NCBI GenBank assembly: GCA_963747025.1
Contig: CAVVDJ010000006.1
Span: 270,244 to 334,243 of the forward strand
Source: an uncultured beta proteobacterium
Lineage (GTDB): Bacteria > Pseudomonadota > Gammaproteobacteria > Burkholderiales > SHXO01
DNA: 64,000 nucleotides
Reading direction: 5' to 3'
Shown: in pieces, positions 21,976 through 34,217 of the stretch
Layout: every line of letters starts with the position of its first letter
Position numbering within the stretch: the first letter of the stretch is position 1
Program-made: the position numbers and the translations under genes
The notes under the pieces: model-generated
What the model was told of the DNA's origin: nothing
The model's database searches: none
Seen by the model: only the letters and a program-made list of their open reading frames with translations

Positions 21976-22004
21976 AGCATAAATCAGAAGCTCCCACCTG
22001 TCAA
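21976..22004 (-). promoter_or_regulatory. sigma70-type promoter upstream of the truncated tRNA-Ser copy
   Basis: On the minus strand: TTGACA (22004-21999), a 17-nt spacer, then TATGCT (21981-21976). This is about 25 nt upstream of the 5'-half copy. Confidence 0.5.
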
Positions 22005-22078
22005 AACCGATTTGCCTCAAGCCTCCGAGCGACACCTCCGGATAGGCTGTCTCCGATTCGGCGTCCGCGACCGGCCTG

Positions 22079-24046
22079 CTATCTCACCGCCGTCTTGAGT
22101 TGTTCCAGAATGGCCGGATTCTCGAGCGTGGACACGTCTTGATTGATGTCGTCGCCTTTGGCGATCGAGCGCAACAGGCGTCGCATGATTTTTCCTGAGC
22201 GGGTCTTGGGCAGGTTGTCGCCGAAGCGGATGTCATCGGGCTTTGCGATCGGCCCGATCTCCTGTGCGACCCAGTCGCGCAGCTTGGTGGCGATCTCCTG
22301 GGCTGCCGCGCCCTCCGGGCGGGATCCTTTGAGCACGACGAACGCCACGATGGCCTCGCCTTTGATGTCGTGCGGTTTGCCCACGACGGCCGCTTCTGCA
22401 ACTAGGGAGTTTGCCACCAGCGCCGACTCGACCTCCATCGTGCCGAGCCGGTGACCGGAGACATTCAGAACGTCGTCGATCCGCCCCATGATCCAGAAAT
22501 AGCCGTCCATATCCCGATTGGCACCATCGCCAGCGAGGTAGTACTGGCCCTTGAAGTCCTCCGGGTAGTAGGTTTTCTTGAAGCGCTCGGGATCGCCCCA
22601 GATGGTGCGGATCATCGCCGGCCACGGGCGCTTGATGACCAGAATCCCACCCTTGCCTTTCTCGACCGACTGGCCGGTCTCGTCCACCACGTCCGCGATG
22701 ATCCCGGGCAGCGGAAGCGTGCACGAGCCGGGTTTCAGCGTTGTGCCTCCCGGCAGCGGACTGATCATGTGACCACCGGTTTCCGTCTGCCACCAGGTGT
22801 CGACGATCGGGCAGCGGCCGGCGCCAACGGTGTTGTGGTACCACATCCAGGCCTCCGGGTTGATCGGCTCACCCACTGTGCCGAGCAGCCGCAGGCTGGA
22901 CAAGTTGTATTTCTTGGGCAGATCGGCTCCGGCCTTGATCAGGGAGCGGATCGCAGTGGGCGCGGTGTAGAAGATGCTGACCTTGTGATTCTGGATCATC
23001 TTCCAGAAGCGACCCGCGTCCGGGTAGGTCGGGACACCCTCGAATATGATCTCGGTTGCGCCCACGGCCAGCGGGCCGTAGCAGCCATAGCTGTGCCCCG
23101 TTACCCAGCCGACATCGGCCGTGCACCAGAACACATCGTTGCGCTTGTGGTCGAACACCCACTGCATGGTGAGGATCGTCCACAATAAGTAGCCGCCCGT
23201 TGAATGCTGGACGCCCTTGGGTTTGCCAGTTGAGCCCGAGGTATACAGGATGAACAACGGATGCTCGGCATTCACCCACACCGGCTCGCACACGTCGGGT
23301 TGAGTTCGGACCAGCTCGTCCCACCACACGTCGCGCGGCGCGTGTATGTGGATGCTGCTTCCGGTCCGCTTGTAGATCACTACGTGTTTGACGGCGTCGC
23401 ACCCACCCATCGCGAAGGCCTCGTCCACCGCCGGCTTGAGCGGAACCTCCTTGCCTCCCCGCATTCCACCGTCGGCGGTGATGACCGCGACAGCTCCGGC
23501 ATCCACGATCCGCTCCTGCAGGCTCTTGGCCGAGAAACCACCGAACACCACCGAGTGGGTTGCACCGATCCGCGCGCAGGCCTGCATGGCTACGACCACT
23601 TCCACGCTCATCGGCATATAGATAATCACCCGATCGCCGGGCTTGATGCCGAGCGATTTGAGACCGTTAGCGAACTGGCACACCCGATGGTAGAGCTGCT
23701 TGTATGTGACTTTGGTGACCGAGGCGTCGTCGGCCTCGAAGACGATGGCTACTTTGTCAGGCTGAGTACGGAGATGGCGGTCGAGGCAGTTATACGATGC
23801 GTTGAGCTCCCCGTCGGCGAACCATTTGAAGAACGGGCGTTGCGACTCATCGAGGATCTGCTTGAAGGGCTTGTGCCAGAGCACGTACTCGCGCGCCAGG
23901 CGAGCCCAAAAGCTCTCGAGATTGTCTGCGGCTTCATCGCACAACGCCTGGTAGGCGGTCATGCCCGACACGTTCGCTTGCTTGACGAAGTCGCTGGGCG
24001 GGGGAAACACGCGGGTTTCGTTTAGGACTGACTCGATGGTGCTCAT
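22079..24046 (-). CDS. acs: acetyl-CoA synthetase
   Basis: Intact 655-aa ORF: [26 protein letters not shown].., ..[14 protein letters not shown].., ..[15 protein letters not shown].. Confidence 0.97.
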   Translation of the reverse strand: MSTIESVLNETRVFPPPSDFVKQANVSGMTAYQALCDEAADNLESFWARLAREYVLWHKPFKQILDESQRPFFKWFADGELNASYNCLDRHLRTQPDKVAIVFEADDASVTKVTYKQLYHRVCQFANGLKSLGIKPGDRVIIYMPMSVEVVVAMQACARIGATHSVVFGGFSAKSLQERIVDAGAVAVITADGGMRGGKEVPLKPAVDEAFAMGGCDAVKHVVIYKRTGSSIHIHAPRDVWWDELVRTQPDVCEPVWVNAEHPLFILYTSGSTGKPKGVQHSTGGYLLWTILTMQWVFDHKRNDVFWCTADVGWVTGHSYGCYGPLAVGATEIIFEGVPTYPDAGRFWKMIQNHKVSIFYTAPTAIRSLIKAGADLPKKYNLSSLRLLGTVGEPINPEAWMWYHNTVGAGRCPIVDTWWQTETGGHMISPLPGGTTLKPGSCTLPLPGIIADVVDETGQSVEKGKGGILVIKRPWPAMIRTIWGDPERFKKTYYPEDFKGQYYLAGDGANRDMDGYFWIMGRIDDVLNVSGHRLGTMEVESALVANSLVAEAAVVGKPHDIKGEAIVAFVVLKGSRPEGAAAQEIATKLRDWVAQEIGPIAKPDDIRFGDNLPKTRSGKIMRRLLRSIAKGDDINQDVSTLENPAILEQLKTAVR

Positions 24047-24232
24047 GCGAAGCTCCTCCTGGAACTGAACGCCTGGCTGCGGTCTCGGCTTATCGTGTGG
24101 CGATTATAACGACAAGCAGCCGTGGGGCGGATCGACGACGGGACCACCGCGAATACAGTGGTGCTAGAATCGCACTTCGATGATTGCGACCTGCAAGCGC
24201 GCGACCGACCGACGAAAGGTTATTGAAACCCC

Positions 24233-25759
24233 ATGACCCTGGTTAGACAGGAGCATGTCGTCGACAGCGTAGCCAACGCGCTCCAGTTTATCTCCTACTT
24301 CCATCCCCTCGACTACATCCAGGCTCTTGGCGAAGCGTATCGGCACGAGCAGTCTCCTGCCGCCCGCGACGCCATCGCGCAGATCCTCACGAACTCGCGC
24401 ATGTGCGCGCAGGGTCATCGGCCGATCTGCCAGGACACGGGTATCGTCGTGGCGTTCATCAAGATCGGCATGGCGGTGCGTTGGGAGGAGACCGGCATGA
24501 GCGTCGCGGACATGGTGAACGAAGGGGTGCGCCGCGCCTACAACCATCCGGAAAATATCCTGCGCGCCTCTATCGTGTCGGATCCGGCCGGGATCCGAAA
24601 GAATACGCGCGACAATACGCCTGCCGTAATCCACATGGAGGTGGTACCTGGAGACACGGTTGAGGTCAGCATTGCCGCCAAAGGCGGCGGTTCCGAGAAC
24701 AAGTCGAAGTTCACGATGCTCAATCCGTCCGACAGTATCGTCGACTGGGTGTTGAAAACCGTTCCCACCATGGGTGCCGGCTGGTGCCCGCCTGGCATGC
24801 TCGGCATCGGCATCGGTGGGAGTGCAGAGAAGGCGATGGTGCTCGCCAAGGAAGCTTTAATGGAACCCATCGATATGCACGAGTTGAAGCGCAGAGGACC
24901 GTCCAACCGCCTCGAGGAACTGCGGCTGGAGATCTGCGACAAGGTCAACGAGCTGGGCATTGGAGCACAGGGTCTAGGCGGGCTTACCACGGTGCTGGAT
25001 GTCAAGATCCGGGATTTCCCAACGCATGCGGCATCGCTTCCCGTGGCGATCATTCCGAACTGCGCAGCCACCCGGCATATTCATTTCGTGCTCGACGGCA
25101 GCGGGGCCGCAAGCTTCGAAGCCCCCCGGCTGGAGGACTGGCCCGACGTGCACTGGGTGCCGGCTCTCAACGCCCGTCGCGTAGACCTCGCCAGGTTGAC
25201 AAAGCAGGATGTGGCCGGCTGGAAGCCGGGGGAGACGCTGCTGCTCAACGGTATGTTGCTTACCGGCCGCGATGCCGCGCATAAGCGGATCGCGGATCTC
25301 CTGAGCAAAGGTCAGTCGCTGCCTGGCGGCGTCGACTTCCGCAACCGCTTCATATATTACGTGGGTCCAGTAGACGCGGTCCGCGGTGAAGCGGTGGGTC
25401 CGGCAGGACCGACCACGGCCACGCGGATGGACAAGTTCACGGGGATGATGTTGGAGCACACCGGCCTGCTCGGGATGATCGGGAAGGGCGAGCGTGGGCC
25501 CGAAGCGATAGATGCGATCAAGCGTCACGGCGCGGTCTACCTGATTGCGGTCGGCGGGGCCGCGTATCTGGTGTCGAAGGCGATCAAGTCTTCCCGCGTT
25601 GTCGCCTTTGCCGATCTGGGCATGGAAGCGATCTATGAGTTCGCGGTGGAAGACATGCCAGTGACCGTCGCTGTCGACGCGGCTGGCAACTCGGTGCACA
25701 GTACGGGTCCCGCCCAGTGGCGCGCCAAGATCGCGAATATCCCCGTGACGCTCGTGTAG
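24233..25759 (+). CDS. fumA: class I (iron-sulfur) fumarate hydratase
   Basis: Intact 508-aa ORF: ..RPICQDTGIVVAFIKIG.., ..AKGGGSENKSKF.., ..CPPGMLGIGIGGSAE.., with a C-terminal beta domain ..GRDAAHKR..YYVGP.. Confidence 0.93.
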   Translation: MTLVRQEHVVDSVANALQFISYFHPLDYIQALGEAYRHEQSPAARDAIAQILTNSRMCAQGHRPICQDTGIVVAFIKIGMAVRWEETGMSVADMVNEGVRRAYNHPENILRASIVSDPAGIRKNTRDNTPAVIHMEVVPGDTVEVSIAAKGGGSENKSKFTMLNPSDSIVDWVLKTVPTMGAGWCPPGMLGIGIGGSAEKAMVLAKEALMEPIDMHELKRRGPSNRLEELRLEICDKVNELGIGAQGLGGLTTVLDVKIRDFPTHAASLPVAIIPNCAATRHIHFVLDGSGAASFEAPRLEDWPDVHWVPALNARRVDLARLTKQDVAGWKPGETLLLNGMLLTGRDAAHKRIADLLSKGQSLPGGVDFRNRFIYYVGPVDAVRGEAVGPAGPTTATRMDKFTGMMLEHTGLLGMIGKGERGPEAIDAIKRHGAVYLIAVGGAAYLVSKAIKSSRVVAFADLGMEAIYEFAVEDMPVTVAVDAAGNSVHSTGPAQWRAKIANIPVTLV

Positions 25760-25793
25760 CGCCTTCGCGTCGGCGCAGCGAGGATACTGAGGT

Positions 25794-25812
25794 GAAGAGG
25801 ATCAACCTCTTC
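25794..25812 (+). terminator. hairpin 35 nt after the fumA stop (no U tract)
   Basis: GAAGAGG-ATCAA-CCTCTTC forms a perfect 7-bp stem, followed by GGCGG rather than a T run. This is weak as an intrinsic terminator. Confidence 0.25.
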
Positions 25813-25845
25813 GGCGGCGCGTTGTGGCCGTCGCAGATCAACAAC

Positions 25846-25880
25846 TACGAGTCGCGAATTACGAATCACGAAACACGTCT
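25846..25880. repeat. one-armed heptad array (five phased NACGNNN units) abutting the SRP RNA gene
   Basis: TACGAGT CGCGAAT TACGAAT CACGAAA CACGTCT, with ACG/GCG at 25847, 25854, 25861, 25868 and 25875. I found no convincing complementary arm upstream. Confidence 0.5.
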
Positions 25881-25885
25881 TCTAT

Positions 25886-25981
25886 GGCGGGCCTCCCCGC
25901 ATTGCACGGTAGTGAACCTGGTCAGGTCCGGAAGGAAGCAGCCACAGCTATTTCTTGCAAGTGCCGGGGGTAAGGCTCGCC
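25886..25981 (+). ncRNA. ffs: signal recognition particle RNA (4.5S, small bacterial type)
   Basis: GGCGGGCCT (25886-25894) pairs with AGGCTCGCC (25973-25981). It contains the conserved domain IV sequence GGTCAGGTCCGGAAGGAAGCAGCC and sits in the classic position just upstream of dnaX. Confidence 0.85.
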
Positions 25982-26030
25982 TCCCATTTCAGGGTGGGTG
26001 TGATTTTCCGCCCACCCCCCATCTGCAGGT

Positions 26031-27737
26031 ATGACGACGGAACCTCCTAACAACCTGGGACAATCTGTCCGTCCGGACCCCACTCTGGCCGTTCGACCAG
26101 GCTCCGGCCAGGCTCTGGCGCGCAGATGGCGGCCCCGCACGTTCGCCGAGTTGGTGGGTCAGGAACACGTCGTGCGCGCACTGACCAATGCGTTGCGTCA
26201 AAACCGCCTGCATCACGCCTGGTTGCTGACCGGGACGCGCGGCGTCGGCAAGACCACACTCGCACGAATCATGGCCAAGGCGCTCAACTGCGAAACCGGC
26301 GTCACCGCAACACCTTGCGGCGTGTGCGGAGCCTGTACCGAAATCGACGGCGGACGCTTTGTCGACCTGTTGGAGCTCGACGCAGCCTCCAACACACAGG
26401 TCGACAACATGCGGGAGCTGCTGGAGAACGCCCTTTACGCCCCCACCAGCGGCCGTTTCAAGGTCTACATCATCGACGAAGTGCATATGCTCTCGCGCTC
26501 TGCCTTCAACGCGATGCTCAAAACGCTCGAGGAACCGCCCGAGCACGTCAAATTCATTCTGGCGACGACTGATCCGCAGAAGGTGCCCGTAACGGTGCTC
26601 TCGCGCTGCCTCCAGTTCAATCTGAAGCAAATCCCTGCGCCCGAGATCCGCGGACGACTGGAGGCAATTCTGCAAGCTGAAAGCGTTCCCTCCGAAGCGA
26701 CGGCGTTGAGCCTGATCGCGCGAGCGGCGCAAGGCAGTCTGCGCGATGCGCTGAGCCTCCTCGATCAGGCCATCGCGCACGGAGCGGGCAGGGTGGAGGA
26801 GGGCTCGGTGCGTGCCATGCTGGGAACCGTAGACCAGACCTACCTTGTCTCGATTCTGCAAGCTCTCGTAGAGCGCGACGGGGCACGCATGCTGACCGTA
26901 GCGGACGAGATGCAGGCCCGCAGCTTCGACTTTGAATCCGCGCTGCAGGATCTTGCCACGCTGCTGCATCGGATTGCCCTGCTGCAGACTTTGCCGGCTG
27001 CGGCCGTCGCGGACGACTTCGATCGCGAGCCGCTAACGGCGCTGGCGGCGAGCCTGCCGCCGGAGGACGTTCAGCTCTATTACCAGATCGTCCTCCAGGG
27101 GAGGTCGGATCTGCCCTTGGCGCCCGACGAGTACGCGGGGTTCACCATGTCGCTGTTGCGTATGCTCGCGTTCGCGCCGCAAGGGTCGGGACCAAGGATC
27201 GGTTCGATCGCTGAACCAGTGGCCGCCCCGGGGGCGGGCTCTGGCACGCGCGCCAGCGCCGCACCCAAGCCTCCAGCCGAAGCAGGCGCCGGCCCCTCGT
27301 CCGGCGGCCGACCGACTACCGACTGGCACGATCTCGTGGCCGGCCTCAAGCTCGGAGGTATGGCGCGCATGCTGGCGCAACACAGCGAGCTGATACGCGA
27401 CGAAGGAGATCGATTGGAGCTCATGGTTCCGGAAGCGCACCGGCACTTGCTGGATCAGGCGTATCGGGACAAGCTTCAGGCAGCCCTTGAAGAACGGTTT
27501 GGGCGCAAGCTGCGGTTGCAATTCGCGCTTGGGGCAAACACCGGCAACACCCCGGCGGAGCGGGACGACCAAGAACGGCTGGCCCGCCAGCGGAGGGCCA
27601 TCGAGGCTATCGAGGGCGATCCCTTCGTGCGCGAGGTGGTAGAGAATTTCGATGCACGGGTGCCCGACGATTCCATTCGACCGACCGAGCAGAGCGAAAA
27701 GCTGGAGGCCGGGACAAGGTCTCCAGCCAGACGATAA
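26031..27737 (+). CDS. dnaX: DNA polymerase III subunit gamma/tau
   Basis: Intact 568-aa ORF: ..LLTGTRGVGKTTLARI.., Cys cluster CETGVTATPCGVCGACTEI, ..IIDEVHMLS.., ..SRCLQF.., with a tau-type C-terminal extension. Confidence 0.95.
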   Translation: MTTEPPNNLGQSVRPDPTLAVRPGSGQALARRWRPRTFAELVGQEHVVRALTNALRQNRLHHAWLLTGTRGVGKTTLARIMAKALNCETGVTATPCGVCGACTEIDGGRFVDLLELDAASNTQVDNMRELLENALYAPTSGRFKVYIIDEVHMLSRSAFNAMLKTLEEPPEHVKFILATTDPQKVPVTVLSRCLQFNLKQIPAPEIRGRLEAILQAESVPSEATALSLIARAAQGSLRDALSLLDQAIAHGAGRVEEGSVRAMLGTVDQTYLVSILQALVERDGARMLTVADEMQARSFDFESALQDLATLLHRIALLQTLPAAAVADDFDREPLTALAASLPPEDVQLYYQIVLQGRSDLPLAPDEYAGFTMSLLRMLAFAPQGSGPRIGSIAEPVAAPGAGSGTRASAAPKPPAEAGAGPSSGGRPTTDWHDLVAGLKLGGMARMLAQHSELIRDEGDRLELMVPEAHRHLLDQAYRDKLQAALEERFGRKLRLQFALGANTGNTPAERDDQERLARQRRAIEAIEGDPFVREVVENFDARVPDDSIRPTEQSEKLEAGTRSPARR

Positions 27738-27749
27738 GGAGCAACGCCA

Positions 27750-28076
27750 ATGATGAAAGGTCAGTTGGCTGGCCTGATGAAACAGGCCCAGCAGATGCAG
27801 GAGAACATGAAGCGGCTGCAGGAGGAGCTGGCGGCGCTGGAAGTCGAGGGCCAGTCAGGCGCCGGACTCGTGTCCGTCGTGATGACCTGCCGCCACGACG
27901 TCAAGCGCGTGACAATCGACCCGAGCCTGCTGTCGGACGACAAGGACATGCTGGAGGATCTGGTGGCTGCCGCCTTCAACGACGCGGTGCGCAAGGCCGA
28001 GGCGACCTCTCAAGAGAGAATGGCGAGCATCACTTCCGGGCTCCCGTTGCCGCCCGGAATGAAGCTGCCGTTCTGA
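27750..28076 (+). CDS. ybaB: nucleoid-associated protein YbaB/EbfC
   Basis: 108 aa, [27 protein letters not shown].., in the conserved dnaX-ybaB-recR order. Confidence 0.93.
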   Translation: MMKGQLAGLMKQAQQMQENMKRLQEELAALEVEGQSGAGLVSVVMTCRHDVKRVTIDPSLLSDDKDMLEDLVAAAFNDAVRKAEATSQERMASITSGLPLPPGMKLPF

Positions 28077-28183
28077 CGTGGTTCGTGGCTCGTGGTTCGT
28101 GGCTCGTGGCACGTGAGTCGTAGCACACCCCTGCGAGACACTGCAGATTACGAGCCACGAAACACGAACCACGAATCACGGGC
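28077..28183. repeat. heptad-phased inverted repeat, best example (7 + 5 units)
   Basis: The first arm has CGTG at 28077, 28084, 28091, 28098, 28105 and 28112 (CGTA at 28119). After about 24 nt the second arm has TACG at 28149 and CACG at 28156, 28163, 28170 and 28177. The arms are complementary at the cores. It begins at the base after the ybaB stop and ends 10 nt before the recR GTG. Confidence 0.7.
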
Positions 28184-28192
28184 GACCTCAAC

Positions 28193-28789
28193 GTGAATCC
28201 TCCTTCCTCTCTGCAGGAGCTGATCGACTCGTTGCGCTGCCTGCCCGGGGTCGGACCAAAGTCGGCGCAGCGCATGGCGTTCCACGTCCTCCAGCGCGAT
28301 CGGCCGGGCGCCGCCCAGCTGGCCCGCGCCCTCAGCGATGCGCTGGCGGTGGTACGCCACTGCGAGAAGTGCAACACCTTTACCGAGGAGCAGGTATGCG
28401 AGCTGTGCCGCTCGCCGCGGCGAGACAACGCGCTGCTGTGCGTGGTCGAGACACCGGCTGATCTGCTGATGATGGAGCAGGCTCAATGCTACCGTGGGCG
28501 GTACTTTGTGCTGATGGGCAGATTGTCGCCTCTCGACGGGATCGGACCGCGCGAGATTCATCTCGAGCGGCTCGTGCGTCGCGCCAGCGATGGACTGGTG
28601 AAGGAGGTGATCCTGGCCACGAATTTCACGGTCGAGGGGGAGGCAACGGCTCACTACATCGGTGACGTGCTGCGGGCGAAAGATATCCGAGTCAGCCGCA
28701 TCGCTCGCGGCCTGCCCGTGGGCGGAGAGCTGGAGCACGTGGATAGCGGCACCTTGGCCCAGGCAGTGATCGAGCGGCGGGAGGTGTAA
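28193..28789 (+). CDS. recR: recombination protein RecR
   Basis: 198 aa with a GTG start: ..[15 protein letters not shown].. (HhH), zinc finger [16 protein letters not shown] and Toprim ..[10 protein letters not shown].. Confidence 0.95.
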   Translation: MNPPSSLQELIDSLRCLPGVGPKSAQRMAFHVLQRDRPGAAQLARALSDALAVVRHCEKCNTFTEEQVCELCRSPRRDNALLCVVETPADLLMMEQAQCYRGRYFVLMGRLSPLDGIGPREIHLERLVRRASDGLVKEVILATNFTVEGEATAHYIGDVLRAKDIRVSRIARGLPVGGELEHVDSGTLAQAVIERREV

Positions 28790-29761
28790 TGTCGCGCGCA
28801 CTGGCCTACTCGCCGCATCGCTCCGCTCCGCCACGTCGGATGCGGCCGCGGCAGCTTGCGGCGGATCCCCGTGATCTGGAAGCCTCGCTCGGCTTGGATT
28901 CCAGCCATGGGCCGCAAAAAATCCACAAAATCTTGGCCGCGGCCGGCTTGGGCTCCAGGCGGGAGATGGAGGAGCTGATCCGAGCCGGCAAGGTCAGGGT
29001 CAACGGGGGCGCGGCGCAACTAGGCATGCGCGTCCAGCCGGGGGACGTGATTCGTGTCGGCAAACGCCAGGTAACCGTCCGCGACAGTGCCAAGCTGCCG
29101 CGAATCATCGCGTACCACAAGCCCGAGGGCGAGATCGTCAGCCATGACGATCCGCAAGGCCGCCCGAGTGTATTCGAGAAACTGCCCCCGATGCGCCGCG
29201 GCAAATGGCTCGCGGTTGGCCGTCTCGATTACAACACTTCCGGTCTGCTCATCTTCACCACGTCCGGAGAGCTGTGCAACCGCTTGATGCATCCTCGCTA
29301 TGAAGTGGAGCGTGAGTACGCAGTGCGTATCATCGGCAAGCTGAACGAGGAGCAGTTTCGACAGCTCAAGAAGGGCGTGCGGCTGGAGGACGGCATGGCG
29401 CGCTTCGACCTGATCGAAGAACGCGGTGGCCGCGGGCTCAACAACTGGTACCGAGTGGTACTGCGCGAGGGGCGCAACCGGATCGTCAGGCGCATGTTCG
29501 ACGCGATCGGCTTTCGGGTCAGCCGGCTGATGCGCGTGCGCTTCGGCGTCGTATCGCTGCCGTTCGGATTGCGGCGCGGCACCTGGCGCGAGATGGACGA
29601 ATCGCAGACCGGAGCGGTTCTCGAATGGTCTGCGGCTCTGGTAAATCCGGCCGGCCCGGCGGGCGCACCAACGCAGCGCTCGGCGTTTCGTGTGGACGCG
29701 CAGCGCGAAACGCCACAGCGGCCGAGTTCCACCCGTCGCTCCGGCGTTCGCTCAAGCGAGC

Positions 29762-31859
<2,098 letters not shown>

Positions 31860-31974
31860 TTATACGTGCAGGTGGCGTCCCGTCCCGTCAACTCGCGGCC
31901 GCAAGCAGTTTGCGGCCAACCGTCGCGGAGACCGCATCTCCAGATGCGCGGGGCGTCCCACGAATCAACGGACG

Positions 31975-33139
31975 CTAGTTCCCGGCGTTGACGTCGATCT
32001 TGAAGTGATCGAACGAAGTGGCGTTGATGTCCGCGCCTCGCGTGACCTTGCTGAGGTCGCCCTTTGCGGCTTGCGCCTTCTGCTCCGCGTTGTTCATCAG
32101 CCACGCGAGGTTGGTGGCCGAGTCGGAGTTTCGCAGCGCCTCGTCCTTGGTGATCTTGCCTTCCGCATACAACTTGAACAAGGCCTGTTCGAAGCTGATC
32201 GAACCCGGCGACAAGCTCTTCTCGATGGCTTCCTTGATCTGGTCCATCTCGCTCTTGATGATCAGCTCGGCGATGTGTTTGCTGTTGAGCAGGACCTCGA
32301 CTGCCGCCACTTGACTACCGTCGACCGCCTTCACCAGGCGCTGGGAGATTACCGCTTTGAGGCAAACCGCGAGGTCGCTGAGCAGAGCGGGCCGCGCGTC
32401 GTACGGGAAGAAGTTGATGATGCGATTGAGCGCGTGATAGCTGTTGTTGGCATGCAGCGTGGATAGGCAGAGGTGGCCTGTCTGAGCGTAGAGCAGCGCC
32501 TGCTGCAAGGTATCTCTGTCGCGAACCTCGCCGATCATCAGGATATCGGGGGCCTCGCGCATGGCGTTGACGAGAGCGTTGTGATAGGACTTTGTGTCCA
32601 ACCCCACCTCGCGCTGATTGATCACGCAACGCTGGTGCTTGAATACGAACTCGATCGGGTCTTCGATGGTGAGCACGTGGCCGCCGCGGGTGGCGTTGCG
32701 GTGCTCGATCATGGCGGCGAGCGTGGTGGATTTGCCCGAGCCGGTCGCGCCAACGATGAGCACCAGCCCGCGCTTCTCTATGATCAACTCCTTCAAGATC
32801 ATCGGCAGACGTAGGGCCTCGAGGCCTGGAGTCTGAGAGCGCAAGATAGCGGATGACGATGGCGACGTTGCCGCGCTGCCTGAACACGTTGACGCGGAAG
32901 CGCCCGATTTCCGGAACCGGGAAGGAGAGGTTCATCTCCCAGGTGCGCTCGTACTCTTCTTGTTCCGCCGTCGACATGAGCTCGTACGCGATCTTCTTCA
33001 CCGTGGGACCATCAAGCATCTCGGAGTTCACCGGCATGATGGTGCCCAGGATCTTGATCGACATCGGCGCTCCAGCCGAGATGAACAGATCTGAGGCCTG
33101 CTTTTCGGCCATGAGTTTGAGCACGGGCGTCAGGAACAT
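31975..33139 (-). pseudogene. pilU: type IV pilus retraction-ATPase paralogue PilU, one frame slip near 32843
   Basis: MFLTPVLKLMAEKQASDLFISAGAPMSIK..GRFRVNVFRQRG.. continues after the slip as ..LVLIVGATGSGKSTTLAAMI.., ..ILMIGEVRD.., ..GHLCLSTLHANN.. The C-terminal tail is PilU-like. No pilT lies beside it. Confidence 0.85.
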
Positions 33140-33394
33140 CGCGGCCTCGCTTGGCTAGGTATCTGGTGAGGTGGCCCGGCCGCGGCGAGCGATCGGGATC
33201 CGAAATCGAACCGGATCAGGTGCAAGCAAGTTTCAGGCGCAGTAGACCGGCCCGGACCGCTGCGCGGGCTCGTGCTTCCTTTGCGCGATCCCGCGGACAG
33301 AACAGCTGGTTCCGCGCGCCTGCGCGAGAGGTGCGAGACGGTTTCGCGCAGAGGTAGGTTGCAGCGCGGGTTTGTTGACGTCCCGCGGCCGGGC

Positions 33395-34217
33395 TTAGTC
33401 CCCGCGCAACAGTTCGTTGATGCTGGTTTTCGCGCGCGTCTTGGCGTCGACTTGCTTGACGATTACAGCGCAATACAGGCTGTACTTGCCATCCGACGAG
33501 GGCAGATTGCCGGACACGACCACCGAACCCGGCGGGATGTGCCCGTACGACACCGCGCCCGTTTCGCGGTGGTAGATCTTGGTGCTCTGCCCGATATAGA
33601 CGCCCATGGAGATCACCGAACCCTCTCCAACGATGACGCCTTCGACCACTTCCGAGCGGGCACCGATGAAACAGTTGTCTTCGATGATGGTGGGGTTGGC
33701 CTGAACCGGCTCCAGCACGCCGCCGATCCCGACTCCGCCCGACAAGTGCACGTTCTTGCCGATCTGCGCGCAAGAGCCGACGGTGGCCCAGGTGTCCACC
33801 ATGGTGCCTTCGTCCACGTAGGCTCCGATGTTGACGAAGGACGGCATGAGGACAACGTTGCGCGGCAATGAACGAACCGCGGCGCACGGCGGCTGGGGGC
33901 ACGACGCGGAAGCCGCCGGCTTTGAAATCTGCGGCGCCGTAGTCGGCAAACTTGGCTGGCACCTTGTCGTAGTAATTGGTGTAGCCGTCGCGCACCACGG
34001 CGTTGTCGTCGAGACGAAACGACAGCAGCACGGCCTTCTTTACCCACTGGTGGGTGGTCCAGGTCGCCCCGATTTTCTCCGCCACGCGCAGCGTTCCGGC
34101 ATCGAGCTGTTGGATCACCTGGCGCACGGCGTCGCGCAGCTTGGGGTCGGCCGAGGCGGGCGAGATTCCGGCGCGGTTCTCGAAGGCGGTTTCGATCAGC
34201 TGCTTGAGTTCGGTCAT
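33395..34217 (-). pseudogene. dapD: 2,3,4,5-tetrahydropyridine-2,6-dicarboxylate N-succinyltransferase, one frame slip near 33868
   Basis: [21 protein letters not shown].. starts at ATG 34217. After the slip comes the hexapeptide-repeat core ..[50 protein letters not shown].. Confidence 0.92.

Noticed and set aside
26031-27737. Programmed -1 frameshift site for the gamma subunit in dnaX
   Set aside because: I did not see an A-AAA-AAG-type slippery heptamer with a downstream hairpin anywhere in the gene.
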